Below, one piece after another: positions 1-9,205 of a stretch of 64,000 bases of DNA. Numbering within the stretch: the stretch's first letter is position 1; every line of letters begins with the position of its first letter. Made by a program: the position numbers and the translations under genes. The notes beneath the pieces were generated by a model that saw nothing but the letters and a program-made list of their open reading frames with translations, was not told the DNA's origin and made no database searches. Origin of the DNA: Candidatus Obscuribacterales bacterium (GTDB lineage: Bacteria > Cyanobacteriota > Vampirovibrionia > Obscuribacterales > Obscuribacteraceae); NCBI GenBank assembly GCA_965228855.1, contig CBDDIJ010000005.1, positions 544,001-608,000 of the forward strand. Direction: 5' to 3'.

Positions 1-333
1 TTCTTCAAGGGCTCCGCGGCGCGCTGGTTCACCTCGTTATCACCGTGTATCGGACCGCCAATAGCGTTTCTTATCGTCTCTCCACTCTACTCGACGCAAT
101 TGTACTTTCAAGATTTCGGAACCCTGATAGAGGCAGCATTGCTTCTTGGATGCTGCTCTTTTATGATCTCGCTTCCTCTCACTATTGACGCGCAGCGTTC
201 TCTTGGAGCCCGTGTCCAAGAGCGTTTCGGTGTTGACATAGAAGGAGACCAACGCGGTGATGCGATAACGACTGACCCAGCAGACAGCGAACTCGTCAAG
301 CCCGACCAGAAACGCGACGGGGCAGATGATTAG
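1..333 (+). CDS. Partial (5'-truncated) hypothetical membrane protein
   Basis: Frame 1 is open from base 1 (FFKGSAARWF...) to TAG at 331-333; hydrophobic stretches PPIAFLIVSPL and LIEAALLLGCCSFMISLPL. Confidence 0.55.
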   Translation, partial: FFKGSAARWFTSLSPCIGPPIAFLIVSPLYSTQLYFQDFGTLIEAALLLGCCSFMISLPLTIDAQRSLGARVQERFGVDIEGDQRGDAITTDPADSELVKPDQKRDGADD

Positions 334-374
334 TCAATCTCGTTTCGTTTAAACCGCAAATCCGGTCAAACAAG

Positions 375-914
375 CTACTGCAACAATTCGGCTCTTAAAT
401 CTGCCAACCGACTGGCCAGCGCGTCGCGATCCGCATCTCTGCCTAGATCCGTAAGCATAGAACCAAAATTGCGCTCAACCATGTCGAGAACAACTGCGAT
501 CACCTGCTTGTTGTGCTCCCGTGACTTATCGCGCTGCTTATAAATCTCAGCCTGTACATTCTCTGCAGCCTTGCGCTCTTCTGCGGATTCCAGGTGTTCT
601 GCGCCTCTAACTTCGAACATCTGCTCATCGAGAGGTGTTGCTGCGAACACTAGAGCTTGTCCGTAGTCCCGTTCAGCTTCTCCGAACTTGGCCAATTGAT
701 GAAAGCAATAACCCATCCGCTCGGCAATCTGAGCTCGCTGAACAGTTTTATTTGCATCAATGCGCTGCTCGGCTTCCACCAGCAGTGGAATCGCTTCGGC
801 ATATTCCTGATTGTTGATTAAACCGACGGCCTCGAAGTAACACTCAGACCAAGCGGTAAACTTCTCCAAGTTATCCATCAACTTGCGCCCGGGTTGGGTC
901 TGTTCGTCTGCCAT
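375..914 (-). CDS. TPR-containing hypothetical protein
   Basis: TPR-like helices (YAEAIPLL...AQIAERMGYCFHQLAKFGEAERDYGQAL); ATG at 914 (MADEQ) preceded by GAGGTGG RBS. Confidence 0.7.
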   Translation of the reverse strand: MADEQTQPGRKLMDNLEKFTAWSECYFEAVGLINNQEYAEAIPLLVEAEQRIDANKTVQRAQIAERMGYCFHQLAKFGEAERDYGQALVFAATPLDEQMFEVRGAEHLESAEERKAAENVQAEIYKQRDKSREHNKQVIAVVLDMVERNFGSMLTDLGRDADRDALASRLADLRAELLQ

Positions 915-993
915 AAATACCACCTCGTTTGAGATGTTATCACACTTAAAACAGACTGGGATATCCAAGTGGACCGGTTTACGCGGTGAGTTC

Positions 994-1314
994 TTACGCG
1001 GTGAGAGCTTCGTCCTCACGTAACTCAGCCAGCAGTTCTTCGCGAAGTTGAGCGCGCTCTTTCCGAGTCAAGTCGTCGGTGTAGTGAACTGCCGCGCAAA
1101 GCGAACCTGCGCAATTTTCTTGATAGAACGCTATGTTATTCACGAACTCTTCGTTCTGCAAACATCCGTCGACGTTGTCGGAATGATCGACCTCTAGTAA
1201 TTCGTACTCATCATCAGTCTCGCAGAAAAGCGCGAACAAACCTGGTCTTGCTTCTATCGTCTCACCATCGTGAAACGGTCCATCGAATTCCAATCTGCCT
1301 ATTAAGATTGTCAT
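994..1314 (-). CDS. Small acidic hypothetical protein, possible degenerate GIY-YIG fold
   Basis: 106 aa; FDGPF...PGLFALFC...YELLEVDHS...LCAAVHYT pattern resembles small standalone GIY-YIG-like proteins; GAGG RBS upstream. Confidence 0.55.
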   Translation of the reverse strand: MTILIGRLEFDGPFHDGETIEARPGLFALFCETDDEYELLEVDHSDNVDGCLQNEEFVNNIAFYQENCAGSLCAAVHYTDDLTRKERAQLREELLAELREDEALTA

Positions 1315-1403
1315 CTCGAATCCTCATCAAACAGCGGGCAAATACACTTTGACCGGTCTGAAGTGAAGGAGAGGTTAAGAGCGGAAATAAATTACGACAA
1401 TAA

Positions 1404-2252
1404 CTATTGGTCCAGCCAATAGCGGTATTGCGGAAAGCCACTAGGGTCAGGCTTATCGAGCGCTTGCAACCATCCGCGCGGACCGCCGGGTTGTCGACTT
1501 TTAAATGTGAAGTTGCCGGGTGCTCGCGGATCAGGTTCAACCAGCACGAAACAAGGTTCGGCAACGTAACCTCGCCAAAATCTGGAAACAGACGTCGAAA
1601 GTCGCACCATCTGCGGTTTGTCAGGAATAGGTCTCTTATCCCACCAGAAAATATCCATGGCGTGATAGGGCGCCACCATGGACTCATTTGTGAAAGCGTT
1701 ACCTGGAATCCACCAGGGCCGTTCCGCCGGAGGCGTATTATTCTGCTTTACAGCTCCGTTCATAAATGACTTGAGCACTCCTCCAAACAGCCCTCCCTTT
1801 GGCGAGTCTGGAGATTTATCCGCTTGCCCGGTTCCCGCCTGCAAACTGCCTGGTGGCGCCTGCGGTGGCACAAAATTTGGCTGATAGGGCTGATATGTTG
1901 GAGGGGGACCCTGGGGAAAAACGATTTGAGGTGCGTATCCGTTGCCCGGAGCAAAACCGTTTGAATAGCCGAAATTACTCGGCGGCATATAGTTTGGGGG
2001 CGGAGGAAGCGCCAGTGGAGCCGTTCTTGAAACGTTTCCCTGTAGCGCGGGCGTCGCGGGATCTGGCTCGTCGACCTCGCCACCACTCCGACTTGCACCC
2101 TCAGAATTCAAACCGCTTCCGCCATCAACAGAGTCTCTTTCTTGCGCAGTCGGGTCTGCGGATTCTTCCATCCCCTGACCAAGCGCTGGTGGCGTTGTAA
2201 GCGCACCGACCATGAGAGCTAATGCTAAAACAATGCTGGTGCGAGCTGTCAA
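1404..2252 (-). CDS. Secreted proline-rich hypothetical protein
   Basis: N-terminal signal peptide (IVLALALMVGALTTPPALG), Pro/Gln-rich linker, Trp-rich C-terminal domain; TTG start. Confidence 0.7.
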   Translation of the reverse strand: MTARTSIVLALALMVGALTTPPALGQGMEESADPTAQERDSVDGGSGLNSEGASRSGGEVDEPDPATPALQGNVSRTAPLALPPPPNYMPPSNFGYSNGFAPGNGYAPQIVFPQGPPPTYQPYQPNFVPPQAPPGSLQAGTGQADKSPDSPKGGLFGGVLKSFMNGAVKQNNTPPAERPWWIPGNAFTNESMVAPYHAMDIFWWDKRPIPDKPQMVRLSTSVSRFWRGYVAEPCFVLVEPDPRAPGNFTFKSRQPGGPRGWLQALDKPDPSGFPQYRYWLDQ

Positions 2253-2282
2253 ATTTCCACCCGCCTTCTGATACGCGCCCCT

Positions 2283-4013
2283 TTAGTCAACAACGAATTG
2301 ATCAGTCGTTCGCACACCATCAAATCTGTGGAGCTGAGATTTGGTTCGCTTTTCAATGGCCTTCTTCATCGCAGTGTAGGTGCCGGATCCCAATATATCC
2401 TCATCGCCGACAAAAGTGAAGTAAAACGGCTCAATGACGTTTTTGTGAACACGATCATTAGACCTGGTTCCATCAGAATTGAAAAACGGATAGTAGCATC
2501 GGAGCATCTGCACACCGGGCGGCAAACCATCCACATCCTGCGGATAATAGCCGACGGCGTAAATTTGTTTGATTTTGACTTTCTGACTCGCTCGCGAAAT
2601 CGTCCACATCGTCGGCTGATACGAGTTTAAAACCAAAACAATTGGCTTGCCTTCCTTCTGTACATCCACAAGCACATGACCAAATCTTGCTTCCGATTTC
2701 TTCGCGTTCTGCGGATTGAGTTCGCCTTCATACACGCTCAAAACTCGCACGTCATAGAGATCGCCGGCTCTTTCCGGATACACCTTAGAATACTTCTTGT
2801 ACTCTACTTTTGCTGGAGTAGAAACAGAATTACCGGCATCAGCAGCCTCGCCGTCCTTCCTGGTCATTTGCGAACCAACAAACAGGCTTGCCAGAATAAT
2901 TACAAGCATGACAGCGACTCCGGCCACAGAATACAAAATCAGCTTTTGTTTTTTCTGACCCTCATCGCCTTGAGCACTGCGTTCGTCCTCATGTCGTATA
3001 GCTTCATTCATGCGGCTTTCCGCGGCCGTATCCTGTATGGATCGTTTTTCATCGGCGGTCGGCGCTGGAGCAAACTTAAGTGGTTCTGGCTCCATGCCAA
3101 ACTCGAGAGCGTGCATAAATTCACGCATCGTTTGAAACCGAGCAGCCGGATCCTTTTCAAGACACTTCAGGACAATCCGCTCCAGCTCTCGCAACTGGTC
3201 GTTCATCGGCAGATCGGGCATAACCTGCTGAAACTTGGGCGCCGGCTCCTCAACGTGACTGTTCATAGTCAGAATTGCGCTTGTCCCCACCAGTGGTGGC
3301 ACTCCCGTGAGCATTTCGAACATAACGCAGCCCAGCTGATAGATATCCGTCCTCGCATCGTGGGCTCGACCGAGAACCTGCTCCGGCGCCATATACAAGG
3401 GACTGCCGAACACTTCTCCGGTCCGAGTAAGTTTCATCATGGCGCCATCATCTTCGCCACCAATTAATTTCGCAACGCCAAGGTCAACGACCTTCACGTG
3501 ATCTCTCGAGCCGGATTCTATAACCAGAATATTCGGCGGTTTCAAATCTCTATGAATGATGTTGCGGTCATGAGCATGCGCGAGGGCATCCGCGATTTGC
3601 ATCAAAATCGGTTTAGCTCGCTCGGCGGAAAGGAAGACCTCTTCTTGCAAGACCTGATTAAGCGGTTTACTGGGCAGATATTCCATAACAAAGTAGGGAC
3701 TGCCAAATTCGGTGGTCCCCGCATCAATAATGCCGATCAAATTCGGATGGGAAAGAGCGCTCATCGCAGTGACTTCCTGCTTGAAACGCAGCATTGTGCG
3801 CTCATCAAGCATGAACTGCGGGTGCATGATTTTTATTGCGACCGGCCGGTTAACGCCCAGGTTAGTAGCCTGATAAACGGCCCCCATGCCACCGGCGCCA
3901 AGCAGTCGGACAATCTCAAACCGGCCTTCAAGAACTTTGCCGATCAAAGGATCAATCGGCACCGTCTTTTTCTCGGACTGAATTCCTGAGTTCTGCGATT
4001 CGCTGTTGCTCAT
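2283..4013 (-). CDS. Membrane-anchored Hanks-type Ser/Thr protein kinase with C-terminal extracytoplasmic domain
   Basis: LGAGGMGAVY, VAIK, HRDLKPPN, DLG, GSPLYMAPE motifs; TM helix LILYSVAGVAVMLVIILASLFV; start taken at MSNSES. Confidence 0.92.
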   Translation of the reverse strand: MSNSESQNSGIQSEKKTVPIDPLIGKVLEGRFEIVRLLGAGGMGAVYQATNLGVNRPVAIKIMHPQFMLDERTMLRFKQEVTAMSALSHPNLIGIIDAGTTEFGSPYFVMEYLPSKPLNQVLQEEVFLSAERAKPILMQIADALAHAHDRNIIHRDLKPPNILVIESGSRDHVKVVDLGVAKLIGGEDDGAMMKLTRTGEVFGSPLYMAPEQVLGRAHDARTDIYQLGCVMFEMLTGVPPLVGTSAILTMNSHVEEPAPKFQQVMPDLPMNDQLRELERIVLKCLEKDPAARFQTMREFMHALEFGMEPEPLKFAPAPTADEKRSIQDTAAESRMNEAIRHEDERSAQGDEGQKKQKLILYSVAGVAVMLVIILASLFVGSQMTRKDGEAADAGNSVSTPAKVEYKKYSKVYPERAGDLYDVRVLSVYEGELNPQNAKKSEARFGHVLVDVQKEGKPIVLVLNSYQPTMWTISRASQKVKIKQIYAVGYYPQDVDGLPPGVQMLRCYYPFFNSDGTRSNDRVHKNVIEPFYFTFVGDEDILGSGTYTAMKKAIEKRTKSQLHRFDGVRTTDQFVVD

Positions 4014-4083
4014 TGCGAAATTAAGCCATTGCGTCTTGCCACACAAGGACATTCTACTAGAAGTTCTTGTTTTCCCCCAAACC

Positions 4084-4113
4084 AAAAGGGGCAGCCCGAA
4101 AGCCGCCCCTTTG
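4084..4113 (-). terminator. Rho-independent terminator after the desaturase gene
   Basis: Minus strand AAAGGGGCGGC-TTTCGG-GCTGCCCCTTTT followed by GGTTTT, about 20 nt after the desaturase stop. Confidence 0.8.
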
Positions 4114-4132
4114 AAGTTTTTTGGACAGTGCT

Positions 4133-5101
4133 TTATCTTTCGCCGGCGCCGACGGGCTCCTTAACGACCGGTGCCACATCCGGGACGACCGGTGCTGAGG
4201 CGATAACGACTGTTTCAATCTCAGCGGCTTCTTGAACGCCGGCCGGCTCCTCTACGGGCTCATCATCTTCTGCCGGAGCCAGAGGACGCTTGCCGGTTGA
4301 TGCGTTGACTTTCGCAAGGCGGGTCGGCGGGTACTTCGGACGTACAACGTCCGTCGCCAGACCGAGTTTCTCGAGGAAGAGGATGGTGAGCCAGGTCACG
4401 TCGAATTCCCACCACGCCATGCCATGTTGAGCACTGCGCGGAATTGCGTGGTGGTTGTTGTGCCAGCCTTCGCCGAGCGCCATCAAGCCAACCCACCAGA
4501 CGTTGCGGGACTCATCGCGAGTGTCGAACAAGCGATAGCCCTGAGTTTTGTCGTGGCAAACAGCATTGACGAGTTGCGGGCTCCAGAAGACCAAGAAGGT
4601 AGCAACGAGATTACCTGCCAAAGCTGCCCAGCCGAACAGACCGAGAATCACAAAACGGAACAAGACACAGAAAGCGAGACACATCTTCGCTTGCTCAGCG
4701 CAGTGGTCAACACCGAACCAGCAAAGACCTTTGTCTTGGAGAAGGTCTGGAACTTGTCTGCGCAGCTCATCGTTGGTTTGGCGGTCCGCCATAGTGAACA
4801 TCCAACCGTAGAGAGCGTGTTTGAAACCACCCTGGACAGGACTATGCGGATCTTCCGGTTGGTCGGATTTTTGGTGGTGCAAACGATGCACCCCGACCCA
4901 GTTCACCGGACCGCCCATCAACACAAGGTAACCACCGGACACGACCAGATAAGTGAGCCACTTTGGCATTTTCAGCGCTTTGTGGGTCAGCAATCTATGG
5001 TATCCGAGGGTGATGCCGATCGCATGATAATAGTAGGAGAGAACAAAAGACGCTGCAAACGTCAGCGCGATAGATAAAGCCGAACCGCCTGTTAAGTCCA
5101 A
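4133..5101 (-). CDS. Membrane fatty acid desaturase, delta-9 (DesC/OLE1-like) family
   Basis: Three His boxes HRLLTH, HRLHH, HNNHH; DPHSP and GEGWHNNHH motifs. Confidence 0.92.
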   Translation of the reverse strand: MDLTGGSALSIALTFAASFVLSYYYHAIGITLGYHRLLTHKALKMPKWLTYLVVSGGYLVLMGGPVNWVGVHRLHHQKSDQPEDPHSPVQGGFKHALYGWMFTMADRQTNDELRRQVPDLLQDKGLCWFGVDHCAEQAKMCLAFCVLFRFVILGLFGWAALAGNLVATFLVFWSPQLVNAVCHDKTQGYRLFDTRDESRNVWWVGLMALGEGWHNNHHAIPRSAQHGMAWWEFDVTWLTILFLEKLGLATDVVRPKYPPTRLAKVNASTGKRPLAPAEDDEPVEEPAGVQEAAEIETVVIASAPVVPDVAPVVKEPVGAGER

Positions 5102-5434
5102 AACCGGTTACCCCGACGTGTTAAAAGATTCCGAGTTGGGTTGATCCCAAGAAGCTCAGTTATAACACGTATACTTTTCGGAGAACCTGATCGATTAAGT
5201 AATGAAGCGAAGATTTCAAGCGCTGAAGAGCGTGAATGGGTCCGGTTATTCTTTGGTAATCAAAAACCGAAGCGCCCATCCGTAGCGGCTGCGGCTCGTA
5301 TCAATAAACTCATGAAACGCGCTCTTTAGTGGCGCCTCCAGTAGAATAGTCAAATATTTTAATTGTGACGTTTTTGCAATCTTCGCAAAGATCGCCACGA
5401 CCGGCGACCAGCGCGCGAGGCTCATTGATACTGT

Positions 5435-6613
5435 ATGCGATACCATCACGGCGCTTCTCGGAACTTCGCAGCTGCGCTTCTAGCCCTGCTCTTCATCCAC
5501 TCAATTGCGTCTCCACCTGCTTCTTATGGGGAAACCGAAAGCGCGACCGCGGCGGAAATGAAAAACGTTTCCGATTTAAAAGGAGAGTCCGCGTCGATTG
5601 GAGACATCGAGGGCGCCGCTTGCGAGTCGACGAAGGTGAAACCTTCACAGTCATTTCAAACAAAAATTCAGAATAAACGCCCGAAAATCGGACTGGCGCT
5701 CGGCGGCGGCGGCATACGAGGAGCCGCGCACATCGGTGTTCTTCGTGTGCTGGAGAAAGAGGGCATCAAAGTAGATTGTATTGCCGGCACCAGCATCGGT
5801 GCCATAGTCGGAGGACTTTACAGCGCCGGTCTCTCGCTTGACGAGATCGAGAAAATGGTCGCGAAGAAGTCGCTGAAGAAAGCCTATTACACGGTGCCCC
5901 TCTGGTTTCGCGTCGCTCTGGTTCCTATCTTCATGATTCCCCACCTGATCGGTCAAGATTACGACGGTCTATATAGAGGAAACAAATTTGCCAAGTTCAT
6001 CAACAAGAGCGTAGGAGAAGACCAGCAATCCATCGAGAATTTGAATATCCCCTTTTGTGCAATCGCTGCCAGCCTTACTGACAGAGATGCTCATGCTCTA
6101 AGAAAAGGTAACCTTGGGCGAGCACTGCAAGCCAGTTCCGCAATACCAATTTTACGCAGACCGGTCGAGCTAAATAACGACGTGTTCATCGACGGGGGCA
6201 TCATCAACAATCTTCCCATTGACGAATGCCGCTCCCTGGGCGCCGATATCGTTATCGCCGTTTCTCTCAATGTCGAAGACGACCCGGACGAATCAATTCC
6301 CGACAAGAATTTTAAACAATTCAAAAAACTCGGCAGTATCGGAAATCGCGTCATCAACATGATTTTGTGCCACGTTGATAAGGATCAAATTCGCAGCGCG
6401 GATGTTTTGATCTCGCCACGCGTGAGCGAAATTAAGTTTCTTTCTGTAAAAGAGAAAGACGCTTATAAAGCAATCGCGGCAGGAGAAACCGCAGCAAAAG
6501 ACGCGCTCGCCGATATTAGACAGAAGATTCGCGCCAGTCAAAAAGCAATCGAAACGCAAGCCGATGGCGCCAGGCAGTCTACGAAAACGGACTCGCTGCC
6601 GGCTATAGACTGA
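5435..6613 (+). CDS. Patatin-like phospholipase (RssA/NTE family), probably exported
   Basis: GGGGIRG oxyanion motif, GTSIG nucleophile, DGG motif; N-terminal hydrophobic signal. Confidence 0.9.
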   Translation: MRYHHGASRNFAAALLALLFIHSIASPPASYGETESATAAEMKNVSDLKGESASIGDIEGAACESTKVKPSQSFQTKIQNKRPKIGLALGGGGIRGAAHIGVLRVLEKEGIKVDCIAGTSIGAIVGGLYSAGLSLDEIEKMVAKKSLKKAYYTVPLWFRVALVPIFMIPHLIGQDYDGLYRGNKFAKFINKSVGEDQQSIENLNIPFCAIAASLTDRDAHALRKGNLGRALQASSAIPILRRPVELNNDVFIDGGIINNLPIDECRSLGADIVIAVSLNVEDDPDESIPDKNFKQFKKLGSIGNRVINMILCHVDKDQIRSADVLISPRVSEIKFLSVKEKDAYKAIAAGETAAKDALADIRQKIRASQKAIETQADGARQSTKTDSLPAID

Positions 6614-6836
6614 CCGCTCAACCGGCGGATCAAGTCGAACGATAAACCACATCTAATCAAACAAGCTTCCAATTCTACGTGAATCACGAAGAAGACATCG
6701 GCGCTAATGGGGGTTTTCCCACAAGATTGCAGGAATTTAGCTTGATCAGATGTAAGTCTGATCTTAAAGTTGAATTACTTGATCCGTAGAATTAAAAAAC
6801 GGATATTGAAACCGATCTGAGCGTTGGCGGTAACAC

Positions 6837-7427
6837 ATGCGAATAGTAATCACAGGCGGCCCTTCGACAGGGAAAACCACGATCATCAATTTGTTGGAGG
6901 TCATGGGTCAAAAGGTTGTTCACGAGCTGGCAACCAAAATTATCAAAGAAGGAAAATATCTGCCCTGGGTTGATCGCGTTAAATTCCAATCTGAAGTTCT
7001 GCGCAGGCAACTAGCGGCAGAGGCAGCAATTCTGGATTTCGATAATCCAATATTTTTAGACCGCGGCGCTTTCGACGGCGAGGCTTATTACATCGCAGAC
7101 AGCCTGCCTATCCCCCCAGCATTCTCGACTATCGATCCGTCTCAGTATGATCTCGCATTCCTTATTGAGGAATTGAGTTTCTTCGATCAGAATGACGTTC
7201 GCCGCGAAGATCTCGAGTTCACGAAAAAGATCAGTGCGACGCTGGAAGGCTGCTACACGAGCCGAAATATAAGAGTTATTCGCGTGCCGGCCATGTTGCC
7301 GCATGCACGTGTCGAATTCATCATGAAGCATGTCGCGGACTATCAAAAATCTCGGGTACGCTCTCCCGAGCAAGCAGCGATGATGTTCCAGGCTGGTATG
7401 ATGCAACCGGTGGTAACTCCTGTTTAG
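6837..7427 (+). CDS. AAA_28 / NadR-kinase-like P-loop ATPase
   Basis: RIVITGGPSTGKTT Walker A, HE-A motif, IFLDRG, YDLAF. Confidence 0.82.
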   Translation: MRIVITGGPSTGKTTIINLLEVMGQKVVHELATKIIKEGKYLPWVDRVKFQSEVLRRQLAAEAAILDFDNPIFLDRGAFDGEAYYIADSLPIPPAFSTIDPSQYDLAFLIEELSFFDQNDVRREDLEFTKKISATLEGCYTSRNIRVIRVPAMLPHARVEFIMKHVADYQKSRVRSPEQAAMMFQAGMMQPVVTPV

Positions 7428-7483
7428 TTGCGGCGGCTGCGCAAGACTGAACATATTAGAGTAGATAGGTCCGGTCGACGAAA

Positions 7484-9205
7484 ATGCCGAAAGCTCAGAT
7501 GACCCAAAGACTGCTATTATTCGGTCTTCTATGGTCTTTCGTTTTTGCGGCTCCAGCCATGTCACAACAAAGTCACGACCCAGCCGATATCATTTTGAAA
7601 AATGGAGCAATCTATACCCTGGATGCGGCGCGCTCCTGGGCGCAAGCGCTTGCAGTGAAAAACGGAAAGATTATTTTCGTTGGCACCACCAGTGGTGCTG
7701 ATGATTTTCAAGGTCCGAAAACGACGATAGTGGATCTGCAAGGCAAAATGGTATTGCCGGGTCTGCACGACAGCCATGTTCACCTCGTCGATGGCGGTGT
7801 TGATTTAGGCACATGCACGCTCCTCGATTGCAAGACGCGCGATGCTGTTTTCAAAAGAGTCAAAGACTTTGCTGAGAAAAACAAGGACGCGAAGTGGGTT
7901 CGTGGCAGTGGATGGAGTCTGCCGGTTTTCAAAGATGGTCATCCGAAGAGGAAAGAGCTGGACGATCTGGTTCCCGATCGACCGGCATGGTTCGAATCGC
8001 AGGATTACCATTCAGGCTGGGCGAACAGCAAAGCTCTCGAGCTTGCCGGCATAACCAGGGAAACAAAAGATCCAGAAGGAGGTCGCATCGAGCGGGACGG
8101 CAAAGGCGAGCCGACTGGAACGCTGCGCGAGTCCGCGATGAAGCTGGTATCGCAAGTGGTGCCCGAGCGCGAAGATAAAGAATATTTTTCCGGCCTTGAA
8201 CGCGGTCAAAAACTGGCTAACAGTTTCGGCATCACCTCAATCCAGGACGCCTGGACTAACGATAAATTGCTGAATGCTTATTACAGCTTCGACAAAGAGA
8301 ATAAACTGACAGTTAAGGTCACCACCGCAATTGAAGTGAAGGCAGATGGAGCTGACCAACAGATAGACCAGCTGCTCAAGAAAAAAGAAGGAACGGTCGG
8401 AAAAAATTTACGCGTAACATCGGCAAAGCTGTTTGCGGACGGCGTTATTGAAGCGTGCACGGCAGCGCTCCTGGCACCCTATCGGGGGCGAGACGGAGAT
8501 AGCGGAAAGCTGTTGTTCACACCGGAACAAATGAACGATGCCGTTGAAAAACTTGCCTCCAACGGCGTGCAGGTTCACATCCATGCAATCGGAGACCGAG
8601 CAGTCAGAACTTCATTAGACGCGTTTGAGAACGCCGCAAAGAAAAACTGCGGCGTTCATTTGCGCCACCACATTGCCCACCTGGAGATGGTAACGGAGCA
8701 GGACATACCACGCTTCCGAAAGCTTCAAGTCTGCCCGAATGTTCAACCATTTTGGGCGCAGCAAGATGCTTACGTAAAAGACTTAACGGAGCCGGTTCTC
8801 GGGAAAGACCGTTCGAAACACCTTTATCCAATTGGCTCCCTGGCCGCATCGGGCGCGGTGCTGGTCGCCGGTAGCGACTGGCCGGTCAGCTCCCTGAATC
8901 CATTTGACGCCATTGAAGTTTCCATACGAAGACGCGAACCAGGCAACACGAAAGTACCAGCCTGGCTTCCGGATGAAGCGACCGATCTTGCCACCATGCT
9001 TGCCGCGTATACGATCAACGGTGCCTATGTTCAACATCAGGAAAAGCTGACCGGCTCGCTCGAAGCGGGCAAAGCGGCAGATTTCATTGTTATCGATAGA
9101 AACCTATTCGAAATTCCACCCGAGGACATACACAATACTACGGTACTATGGACGGTGCTCGATGGCAAAGAAGTCCACCGGAATAATTCGTTCAAGCCTT
9201 ATTGA
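7484..9205 (+). CDS. Exported amidohydrolase, YtcJ-like (Amidohydro_3)
   Basis: PGLHDSHVH, KLFADG, HAIGDRA, HIAHLE, GSDWP, YTINGA, GSLEAGKAADF motifs; signal peptide. Confidence 0.92.
   Translation: MPKAQMTQRLLLFGLLWSFVFAAPAMSQQSHDPADIILKNGAIYTLDAARSWAQALAVKNGKIIFVGTTSGADDFQGPKTTIVDLQGKMVLPGLHDSHVHLVDGGVDLGTCTLLDCKTRDAVFKRVKDFAEKNKDAKWVRGSGWSLPVFKDGHPKRKELDDLVPDRPAWFESQDYHSGWANSKALELAGITRETKDPEGGRIERDGKGEPTGTLRESAMKLVSQVVPEREDKEYFSGLERGQKLANSFGITSIQDAWTNDKLLNAYYSFDKENKLTVKVTTAIEVKADGADQQIDQLLKKKEGTVGKNLRVTSAKLFADGVIEACTAALLAPYRGRDGDSGKLLFTPEQMNDAVEKLASNGVQVHIHAIGDRAVRTSLDAFENAAKKNCGVHLRHHIAHLEMVTEQDIPRFRKLQVCPNVQPFWAQQDAYVKDLTEPVLGKDRSKHLYPIGSLAASGAVLVAGSDWPVSSLNPFDAIEVSIRRREPGNTKVPAWLPDEATDLATMLAAYTINGAYVQHQEKLTGSLEAGKAADFIVIDRNLFEIPPEDIHNTTVLWTVLDGKEVHRNNSFKPY

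Noticed and set aside
2676..3989. Long + strand ORFs (263 and 163 aa)
   Set aside because: Antisense to the well-supported kinase gene
6744..6763. Inverted repeat GATCAGA-N6-TCTGATC upstream of the AAA_28 gene
   Set aside because: 7-bp arms can occur by chance; no matching regulator or second copy seen
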